DNA of 29,042 nucleotides from a virus (Duplodnaviria; Heunggongvirae; Uroviricota; Caudoviricetes): IMG/VR virus record IMGVR_UViG_3300029911_000006; one strand, 5' to 3'. Shown piece by piece: positions 22,248 to 29,042 of this stretch (position 1 is its first letter; each line of letters starts with the position of its first letter). The notes under the pieces were generated by a model. It saw only the letters and a program-made list of their open reading frames with translations, ran no database searches and was not told where the DNA came from. The position numbers and the translations under genes were made by a program.

Positions 22248-23099
22248 TTAGTTCTCCACCGTCAGGTTAGCGTAACCAAAGAACATGTTCTTCAGGAAGC
22301 CGAAGATGTAGTCCTGACCGATACCGATGATGAGGATGCAAATCTGAATCGCCATGATATCACCATACTTCGCGTGATGCTGCATGGTCTGTAGCATGGT
22401 GCCGACGCCACCCTCAGCGAACACGATACCTTCAACCAAGGTAAGCATCATCCAACCCATGGCAGCGGTCTGGCGGAGTACGTCGAAAGCCTGAGCCGCA
22501 GTGCCAAGGATGACTACTTCCCACACGATACGCCACTGACTGAAGCGGAGAGTACGGGCAAGGTCAAACTGTTCCTTGGGGATGTTCTTGATGACATCCA
22601 GCATGGACGTGATGAACCATACCGAGATAGAGAAGGCTAACATCGCAACCTTGACCGTGTGCTTAGAGTCGAAGGTCAACTCGAACGCGAGTGAAATACC
22701 CACCATGGACAGCATACGAAGAGCGGTGGTCATCTGAGCAGTTGGTTTGAATATGGGGATAACTGACAGGTACGAGATTGACAGCGAGGCGATAAGAGCC
22801 ACACCGATGGCCTGAAGGTTGAGCACATAGCTGACGATGAGTTGGTTGCCAAGTCCACTGTTCATCCACAGGTCGGTGAAGCAATGCCATACCTCAGCCG
22901 GGGTGGGGAGTAGAGCCCACGGGCTGAATAGCCATGCTCCGAGCAGGACAACTATGGTCGAAGCGAAGATGCCTGTGGCGACTGTCTTGTTCACAGTTCG
23001 CAGAGGGGAGACAGAGTTGATAGACACACGCAGGAAAAACTTCAGTTTGTCTTTCAGGGGGACACTGGTTACAGCGGGAACTACAGCTTGAGTTGCCAT
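22248..23099 (-). CDS. ABC transporter permease (SsuC/TauC-like binding-protein-dependent family)
   Basis: 283 aa, multiple TM segments, EAA-like loop DLARTLRFSQWRIVWEVVILG; GAGGA RBS. Confidence 0.8.
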   Translation of the reverse strand: MATQAVVPAVTSVPLKDKLKFFLRVSINSVSPLRTVNKTVATGIFASTIVVLLGAWLFSPWALLPTPAEVWHCFTDLWMNSGLGNQLIVSYVLNLQAIGVALIASLSISYLSVIPIFKPTAQMTTALRMLSMVGISLAFELTFDSKHTVKVAMLAFSISVWFITSMLDVIKNIPKEQFDLARTLRFSQWRIVWEVVILGTAAQAFDVLRQTAAMGWMMLTLVEGIVFAEGGVGTMLQTMQHHAKYGDIMAIQICILIIGIGQDYIFGFLKNMFFGYANLTVEN

Positions 23100-23113
23100 T
23101 CAATCCTCACAAG

Positions 23114-23137
23114 GAAGGGGCGGCGAACCGCCCCTTC
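23114..23137 (-). promoter_or_regulatory. intercistronic stable hairpin GAAGGGGCGG-UUCG-CCGCCCCUUC between the binding-protein and permease genes
   Basis: 10-bp GC stem with a UUCG tetraloop and no U-tract; resembles mRNA-stabilising structures in ABC operons. Confidence 0.45.
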
Positions 23138-23160
23138 TCTGGTTAGCCTACAGGTTAGTT

Positions 23161-25002
23161 TTACCCAATCTGCAAAATTTCCACACGGCGGTTCTTCTGC
23201 TTGTCATCCGTCGTGTCGTTCGGAGCCACCGGGTTCGCAGAGCCGAGGCCCTTGACAGCCTTGAACCGAGCAGCAGGGAAGTCCTGCGGAGCGTACGACA
23301 TGAGGTAAGCCTTCACCGCAGCAGCACGCTGTGCGGACAGGTCGATGTTGTGCTGATGCCCAGTTGGAGTCTGGTCACCCGCGTTGTCAGTGTAGCCGTC
23401 AATCTCGAACGCAAGAGACTTGGCGATACCGAGCGTAGTTGCCAACTGGTCAAGCTGAGCCTTGCCAGCCGGAGTCAGAGCAGCCGAGTTGGTAGCGAAC
23501 ACAATATACTGCTTATCCGTGCTCACGACCGCACCCGTGGAGATAGCCGCAGTGTAGTCTGTGGTCTCAGCACCCCCTCCCGTCACACCGTTATTGGTGA
23601 GGGCGTCCTCAGCCAAGCGGATGTACTTGGTGTTGACCGCCTGAGCGTAGGTCGGGATGGGGCTATCCTTGAACAGGGAGGCGTACTGCTCCATGTCGAT
23701 ACGAGCGAACGTCTCGTAGGTCGCCTTCATGTTGTTCTGGTATCCGGGTACGAGACCAAAATACTGAAGGTTGTCCTGAAGGTTAAAGACAGCCGAGCCG
23801 CCAATCAGGTTGCCCGTCTTATCCTTCTCACCCACGAAGTAGTTGTACCAGTAGTCGCCCGTGTTGTCTGCGTAGACAGTTGCGGCAACGTTCGAAGCAA
23901 ACTTGATGGCAGCAGGGTACGCCTTCATCTGGTCAGCAGCCGTGAACGACGCAGCGAAGAAACCAGACATGGTGTCGGGGTTCTTATCGGCGAACTTGCT
24001 GATGACGGCCAAGGTAGCTGGCATCTGAGCCGAGTATTCACGCGACGAGATAATCTTCGTTGTCCCGTCAATGGGACCGTGGATGGCATCATCGTCTCCC
24101 GGCGTCCAAGTTACGACACCATCCGGGCAAACGGTTGCAATCTTGCCATCCTTCTTGCCAGAGTCATCGACCTCAGGTCGCTGTTCGCACTTGTGCGGGT
24201 TGTAGACATCGGTGACGGCCTTGATGTAATCGTCGTCCGGTGCCGCCATCCAGTTCACAGCGGTCGGGTTGTAGGTGTGCGGGTCAGGGTTGTTCTTCAA
24301 GTTGTTGAAGCCCTCGAACGCCATGGCGATGTTCCAGTCACCGTCACGAATGACGCCGACGATAGTCTTACCAATCATGGTTTGAGGATTCTTCTTCCAC
24401 TCAGCAGGTCCAAGTAAAGCATCCTCACCGTTGGAGCGACCAAGCGCACCATACAGCTTGACCGTGTAGGCACCAACGCCCTTGTCCAGCTTGAGCAACT
24501 GAGCGTTCAGTTCCGACAGCCACTGTCCGCCTGAGTCACCCATGAAGATGAGAGCAGCCGCTCCAGTGTCACACGTGTTCTGGTTCTTGGATGCCATCTG
24601 ATTGGCACACGCAAGGATGTCAGCACGCATGGTGTCGTTGGAGTCAGTACGCTTGAACTTGTAGTTCACGTTGTACTTCTCGAACAGGGAACCCTGCATT
24701 GTTTCAGCACCACCGGAAGCGAGAAAAATGCTGTGTTGTGCGTTCCACTCCCATCCGTCCACGAGGAACAGAGGGGAAGAGAGACTTGCCGGGTTGGAGG
24801 AAGGGAAGGGGAGCGGGGCAATGCCCTGCACCACAGCGTCTTCCTGTTTGAGAACCTGCACCTTCGTGGCGACGACCGACTTCAGGATGCCGGGGGTCGG
24901 AATCAACCCCGTGGACATCGCGAAGCGAAGACCGAACACAACGACTGCGGCTACGATAACGACCAAGAACAACTTGGCTTGAGGCTTGATTCGGATTGCC
25001 AT
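23161..25002 (-). CDS. membrane-anchored periplasmic protein, 613 aa, with a C-terminal OmpA-like peptidoglycan-binding domain. Operon context suggests it is the substrate-binding component
   Basis: N-terminal TM helix; C-terminal FEIDGYTDNAGD...NIDLSAQRAAAVKAYL...NRRVEI OmpA-family motif; first gene of a three-gene ABC operon. Confidence 0.6.
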   Translation of the reverse strand: MAIRIKPQAKLFLVVIVAAVVVFGLRFAMSTGLIPTPGILKSVVATKVQVLKQEDAVVQGIAPLPFPSSNPASLSSPLFLVDGWEWNAQHSIFLASGGAETMQGSLFEKYNVNYKFKRTDSNDTMRADILACANQMASKNQNTCDTGAAALIFMGDSGGQWLSELNAQLLKLDKGVGAYTVKLYGALGRSNGEDALLGPAEWKKNPQTMIGKTIVGVIRDGDWNIAMAFEGFNNLKNNPDPHTYNPTAVNWMAAPDDDYIKAVTDVYNPHKCEQRPEVDDSGKKDGKIATVCPDGVVTWTPGDDDAIHGPIDGTTKIISSREYSAQMPATLAVISKFADKNPDTMSGFFAASFTAADQMKAYPAAIKFASNVAATVYADNTGDYWYNYFVGEKDKTGNLIGGSAVFNLQDNLQYFGLVPGYQNNMKATYETFARIDMEQYASLFKDSPIPTYAQAVNTKYIRLAEDALTNNGVTGGGAETTDYTAAISTGAVVSTDKQYIVFATNSAALTPAGKAQLDQLATTLGIAKSLAFEIDGYTDNAGDQTPTGHQHNIDLSAQRAAAVKAYLMSYAPQDFPAARFKAVKGLGSANPVAPNDTTDDKQKNRRVEILQIG

Positions 25003-25045
25003 AATGCTTCTCCTAAAAGTTCAGGGTTGAAGGTTGATGGTTGAA

Positions 25046-26146
25046 CTACTTGAACGGGTCGATGTCGTCACTCGTGGAAGAGAACCCACCAGCCGGACGA
25101 GCCATGGGGACAGGAGCAGGGGACGAGATACCCGGAATCTGAATGAGGTCTGCACCAGCCGGTGCCGAGCCGGAAGTGAGGAGCTTCGCACTGAACTCTG
25201 CAAACTGCTGACGAGCGAGTTCCGCGTTGGCACCAGATTCAATCTGGTCGTTGGTAAGCAGCTTGTCGGTGAAGCGAGAGAAGTCACGAATCTCGCCCAA
25301 GGTACGAGACGTATCCTCTTCGAGGTAGTCCAGTGCCATATCGACCATCTGTTCCTGCTGAGAGTTGCCCTTGAGCAGACGCTGACCGATGCTGAGAGTT
25401 GCCTTCGCATCGAGAATCATCTTGCGCTGCGTGGTGAGGAAGCTGACCTTGTTCGCCGTCCGCTGAATCTTTGCGTCGGAGACCATCGACCACTGCTGGA
25501 AGGTGGTGAGAAGGTGCGAGGTGTCAGCTTCAAGAGCCTTCAACTGCTGCACGCCCTGAAGCAACATGCCAGCGTTCTCTTCATCGGTGCCCGACTGAAG
25601 GGTCAACTGCTGCTTCTTCATGGGGTCGGTTTCTGCTGCCGCCATCCTCGCGGCCTGTTGACTCATGGCGTAAGCCTTCTGAGCCTCAGCCTGTTTGGAG
25701 GCGATGTTACGCTGCAACATACTCTCAGAGCCAGCGAAACGCTGAACGGTTCCGTCGAGCGTGGCCTTCTCTTTACGCATGTCATCGAGGTTGTTGTTGA
25801 GAATCCCGATAGGGTCAATGGTAGTGTAGCACCGGGCGACCATACGCGAGAAGCTCTGGAAAGCGTTACTAATGACGGAGCGAAGGCCACCGAGAGGTCC
25901 GACGCCAAGAGCGATGGAACCCGCCGCAAGCAGGATGGCAAAGTAGGCAACCGACAGCACGGTGTTCTGCAACGTTTCTACGACAAAGGGAACAATCAGT
26001 CCCCAAAACCAGAACGTAGCAACGCAAGCAGCCGCAATGCCCGTGTAGATGAGACCCTTCCCGGCTCCGCCTTCAGGCCGCTGCCAGAAGGACTTCGGGG
26101 TGAATCCCTGAGGGACGCTAATGTATGGTGTCATGCCTGTGGACAT
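25046..26146 (-). CDS. membrane protein with two TM helices and a long coiled-coil region (366 aa from MSTGMTPYI)
   Basis: Internal ATG of track ORF 25046-26233 with an AGAAAGG RBS. Confidence 0.5.
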   Translation of the reverse strand: MSTGMTPYISVPQGFTPKSFWQRPEGGAGKGLIYTGIAAACVATFWFWGLIVPFVVETLQNTVLSVAYFAILLAAGSIALGVGPLGGLRSVISNAFQSFSRMVARCYTTIDPIGILNNNLDDMRKEKATLDGTVQRFAGSESMLQRNIASKQAEAQKAYAMSQQAARMAAAETDPMKKQQLTLQSGTDEENAGMLLQGVQQLKALEADTSHLLTTFQQWSMVSDAKIQRTANKVSFLTTQRKMILDAKATLSIGQRLLKGNSQQEQMVDMALDYLEEDTSRTLGEIRDFSRFTDKLLTNDQIESGANAELARQQFAEFSAKLLTSGSAPAGADLIQIPGISSPAPVPMARPAGGFSSTSDDIDPFK

Positions 26147-26177
26147 AGTGGGTGCCTTTCTCTTTGAAGGTTTGAAG

Positions 26178-26900
26178 TTACTTGGTAAGCATCGAGGCGA
26201 ACTGAGCCTTCTGCCCGTCGATTTCGGTACCACGCTTGGTCAACGCAGTGTTGAACGCCGTCTGAGTTCCAGCATCCTTCGCCTGTGCCGCCGCGAGGTC
26301 TGAAGTGACCTGCGTCTGCTCAGTCTGGAGAGCGGTAAGCTGCTGTGCGATGTCCGCCAGACGATTCTGACGTGCCGTGATTTCCTTGTCCTCGAACGCA
26401 CCGACCTTAGTTTTGAAGTTGTCCGCCGCTGTCGCCAGCGTGGTCTTGAGCGTGTCGAAAGTGTTGAGGATAGCGTCTTCAGTGATGTTGGCGTTTGCCT
26501 TCGCTTGAGCAACAGCGGTGCGGAACTTCAGGTTATCATCCATCGGCAGAGCTTTCAACGGCTCAAGGAACTTGTTGATGGTGTTCGCAATGTCGGTGGT
26601 GTCGAAGTTGGTCTTCGTGAAAAGCTTCTGGTAAAAGTCTTCGGCCTCAGCGGAGGATACTGGTGCCGCTCCACCCACGAAGGAAGAGAGTGTGGACGCA
26701 CCAGCAGGAGGAGGCGTGTAGGCCGCAGGAGCGAACGCGGGGGCAGTGCCAGCGGCAGATGAGCCGAAGGAGAAGGGGGATACAGCAGCAGCGGCGACCG
26801 GAGCCGGGGCTACAGGGACAGGAGTGGGGGCAGAGGGGTCGTCTTCAACCACCATGCTCTTGAGGGAGTCGAATAGGCTGTGGTGTTTCTGGTCGCTCAT
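26178..26900 (-). CDS. hypothetical protein with a Pro/Ala-rich linker and a C-terminal coiled-coil domain, 240 aa
   Basis: ORF track; AAAGGAA RBS. Confidence 0.55.
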   Translation of the reverse strand: MSDQKHHSLFDSLKSMVVEDDPSAPTPVPVAPAPVAAAAVSPFSFGSSAAGTAPAFAPAAYTPPPAGASTLSSFVGGAAPVSSAEAEDFYQKLFTKTNFDTTDIANTINKFLEPLKALPMDDNLKFRTAVAQAKANANITEDAILNTFDTLKTTLATAADNFKTKVGAFEDKEITARQNRLADIAQQLTALQTEQTQVTSDLAAAQAKDAGTQTAFNTALTKRGTEIDGQKAQFASMLTK

Positions 26901-27190
26901 ATGTTCCTTTCAATCGGGTGTATGTTGTCGGAGTTGATTCGGATGTTCATGTCAAAAACGCCGGGAGCCCCCAAGTACATGTACGGGCCGAAGACACGCA
27001 TGAACTCCCAGCCACTGAAGCGGGAGTAGCCTTCTTCATCCACAGGCAATTGTACAGGAGTGAGATTCTTCCTCGCAATCTCAGGCAACGCTTCACGCCA
27101 TGCGTGAGCATCAGCAAGGTACACAGACCTACCGAGTTCGGTAAGCTTGACCCACACTGAGTTGTTGATGTTGAAAGACAGCAAGCTCAT
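26897..27190 (-). CDS. hypothetical protein (97 aa from MSLLSFNINNSVW)
   Basis: Internal ATG of track ORF 26897-27238, 7 nt downstream of GTATACT; no SD. Confidence 0.4.
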   Translation of the reverse strand: MSLLSFNINNSVWVKLTELGRSVYLADAHAWREALPEIARKNLTPVQLPVDEEGYSRFSGWEFMRVFGPYMYLGAPGVFDMNIRINSDNIHPIERNI

Positions 27191-27247
27191 GTCCCGTAGT
27201 ATACGGGACGAATTTAGTTTTGGGAAACTATTTTTCAAGTAAAAATT

Positions 27248-27616
27248 TTATTCAAAAACGTAAGCGAGAGTGTGTACGTCCTCGTCTACTATTTCGAAGT
27301 TCTGAAGCTCTGCGGTGTGAGACACCACTCCAGAATTTTGCAGGTACTCGAACGCAGGGATGAAGGTCTCTAGGATTGCAAACACCTTCATGCTTGGGAG
27401 TAGAATGGAAACTTCTTCAGTGTAGGGCGGTTGAATGTTGCATGAAGTATACAACAGCAAACTACGTAAGTGCTGCGGCTGAGTAGTTAGGTACGACAGA
27501 GTTACTTTTACGAATCCACTTTTCGCAGCCGCTAGTTCAGGCTTCACTGCGGGAGCAATGGGTCGAGCATCAGAGACTGTGGTCTTGATACTAGAGTCCA
27601 AGGAACTCCTCCACAA
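27248..27616 (-). CDS. hypothetical protein (the start is uncertain; possibly only the C-terminal 47 aa from MKVFAILETF)
   Basis: ORF track; the N-terminal part overlaps the upstream gene and has weak coding character. Confidence 0.3.
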   Translation of the reverse strand: MWRSSLDSSIKTTVSDARPIAPAVKPELAAAKSGFVKVTLSYLTTQPQHLRSLLLYTSCNIQPPYTEEVSILLPSMKVFAILETFIPAFEYLQNSGVVSHTAELQNFEIVDEDVHTLAYVFE

Positions 27617-28274
27617 TCTTGGATAACTTCAATGACGTTTGCTTAGGCACAGGTGCCCCCGGTGTTACAGGTGCAGCATTTGCGGCTGGTTGAGCGGGTG
27701 CCGGTGCTGTAGGTTCAGGCTGAGCCCCAACAGGGTGTGGGTGCTCTGTCGCTTCCTCGTTCCTACGTACCTTACGGTTGATTCCCACTTTTAGCTTGTT
27801 GCTCTTGTCTGTGAAATACTTGTCGATGTAACTTTCAGACTGTGCGACTGCAATCTCTCCCATGTCGCTAGTCCTGATCGTATCATCATTGCTCAAAGAG
27901 TCCGAGTCCGAGAATAATGAATTACGTGTACCCTCTCCATCCCCCTCTTGATATACAAACCGGAGGTCACGCAGAGGGTAGCCGCTGCCATTGAGCATGT
28001 CGATAACATCAGGGGAGACAAGGAGGTATACACCAATCTCAGTTACTTGAACATCCCCATCTTCTAGAGTCGAGTTGCCATGGTCGTCCATCGAAGGCTC
28101 ATCATACTTGATGATGGCACCACGGGCCACTTCTAGGACGTTAGGGTTAGTGACAATACCATAGAGCCATATGTCGAGCCCGTCGATGCTATCGACCACT
28201 CTGTCCAGAATGTCGAGCCCATCGCGTAGCTTATCTATATCGTTGTTGTATAGCTCTGAATATTCACTTGCCAT
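27591..28274 (-). CDS. hypothetical acidic protein, 227 aa, with a Pro/Ala-rich segment
   Basis: ORF track. Confidence 0.55.
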   Translation of the reverse strand: MASEYSELYNNDIDKLRDGLDILDRVVDSIDGLDIWLYGIVTNPNVLEVARGAIIKYDEPSMDDHGNSTLEDGDVQVTEIGVYLLVSPDVIDMLNGSGYPLRDLRFVYQEGDGEGTRNSLFSDSDSLSNDDTIRTSDMGEIAVAQSESYIDKYFTDKSNKLKVGINRKVRRNEEATEHPHPVGAQPEPTAPAPAQPAANAAPVTPGAPVPKQTSLKLSKIVEEFLGL

Positions 28275-28497
28275 GTTGTGCCTCTACTCAAGAGGACTAA
28301 TATCATTAAATTCATGTACCAGTGGCTCAGGCGGTTCAATTTGTCAATTTTTGGTAATTTATACACCTCCTACCCGGATAGCGAACCACTCCCCGCATCT
28401 AGCAGCCTATAAAACGGAGGGGGTCACTAACCCAGCGTAGTCACGTCCGGGTAGGAAGTATGTTCTATATTACTGATTCTTTCGGTTTTTATTTGAA

Positions 28498-28950
28498 CTA
28501 TCGGGTAGGGGGTGCCATGGGGTATTCCAGCAACGGGTACCATGGTGTGCCGTCACGAAGGTACACTACGTGAGGACGCAGGTCTGGTGTGTCGATGTGA
28601 GGGCACATGAAGTTTCTCTCTACACTCACGGCCACATCCTTGGTGTCGTAGCGTACCGGCCGCCGCTTGAGGAACCACACGGGAGCGTACTTCTCTTTGA
28701 GGTACTCCCATGGGGTCGCTGGGTACTTATAGAGTTGTGTCTTGGTCTTGTCGGTCTTGTGGATGTTCGCAAGAAAGCTGGAGAAGATGTAATCGACATG
28801 CTCCGCCGTGTCGTACGGGAGGTACGGTGTAACCGTTAGATTCCGTGCCACCATTGGATACCTGTTGCGTATCCGTTCAACAACGGACACACGCAGGGTG
28901 TCGATTACAATCTCATCTACAGCTATCGAGTTGTTGAAACTACTTGACAC
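28498..28950 (-). CDS. hypothetical protein, 150 aa (GTG start as listed)
   Basis: ORF track; the start overlaps the end of the upstream partial gene. Confidence 0.45.
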   Translation of the reverse strand: MSSSFNNSIAVDEIVIDTLRVSVVERIRNRYPMVARNLTVTPYLPYDTAEHVDYIFSSFLANIHKTDKTKTQLYKYPATPWEYLKEKYAPVWFLKRRPVRYDTKDVAVSVERNFMCPHIDTPDLRPHVVYLRDGTPWYPLLEYPMAPPTR

Positions 28951-29042
28951 CGGCGACCGCCAAGTACATGACTGCTCCCATGAGCCCGATACCGATAGCG
29001 ATTAGACCCCACGTGACGAACTTATCGCTGAAGAAGGGCTCG
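28940..29042 (-). CDS. C-terminal end (...EPFFSDKFVTWGLIAIGIGLMGAVMYLAVAGVK) of a membrane protein that starts beyond the window
   Basis: Open frame entering from the window edge; stop at 28940-28942; TM segment. Confidence 0.4.
   Translation of the reverse strand, partial: EPFFSDKFVTWGLIAIGIGLMGAVMYLAVAGVK

Noticed and set aside
1-29042. CRISPR arrays, integrase/att sites, or other signs that this is a prophage or bacterial island
   Set aside because: No regularly spaced direct repeats were seen, and no tyrosine or serine recombinase. Gene content and packing instead fit a virulent T5-like phage early region.

Overview
Summary of the window:
- The window looks like the early region of a tailed, T5-like phage. 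Genes are packed tightly and almost all are on the minus strand. Many neighbouring genes overlap by 1-4 nt (ATGA or TAATG junctions).
- Recognisable products:
  - a MazG-like NTP pyrophosphohydrolase;
  - an HD-domain (p)ppGpp-hydrolase-like protein;
  - an NAD-dependent DNA ligase encoded in two pieces, domain Ia at 11809-12201 and the catalytic core at 7452-9326. The 2.5 kb between them holds a GIY-YIG endonuclease, a small zinc-binding protein and a putative H-Y-E ADP-ribosyltransferase;
  - two HNH endonucleases and a protein with a C-terminal LAGLIDADG domain;
  - a three-gene ABC-transporter operon. Its periplasmic component is fused to an OmpA-like domain;
  - a cluster of seven tRNA genes on the minus strand: Leu-UAA, Met-CAU, an atypical long tRNA with a probable UAU anticodon, and four tRNA-Ser (UGA, CGA, GCU, GGA). 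Together the four Ser tRNAs read all six Ser codons.
- Most unusual observation: immediately upstream of tRNA-Ser(GGA) sit a promoter-like element, a 25-codon leaderless ORF and an intrinsic terminator.
  - Nine of the 25 codons are Ser and use all six Ser codons. The ORF also contains ATA and TTA, which match the other phage tRNAs.
  - A GGCGGCGGCG stretch in the ORF can pair with the 5' arm of the terminator.
  - This is the architecture of a leader-peptide attenuator that would switch on the tRNA-Ser operon when seryl-tRNA is limiting.
- Second notable observation: a promoter-like motif, TTGTTC-N19-(G)TATACT, recurs 6-8 nt upstream of ATG start codons that have no Shine-Dalgarno sequence. 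This implies a family of leaderless early transcripts.
- All calls rest on my own reading of the sequence. No database search was possible.
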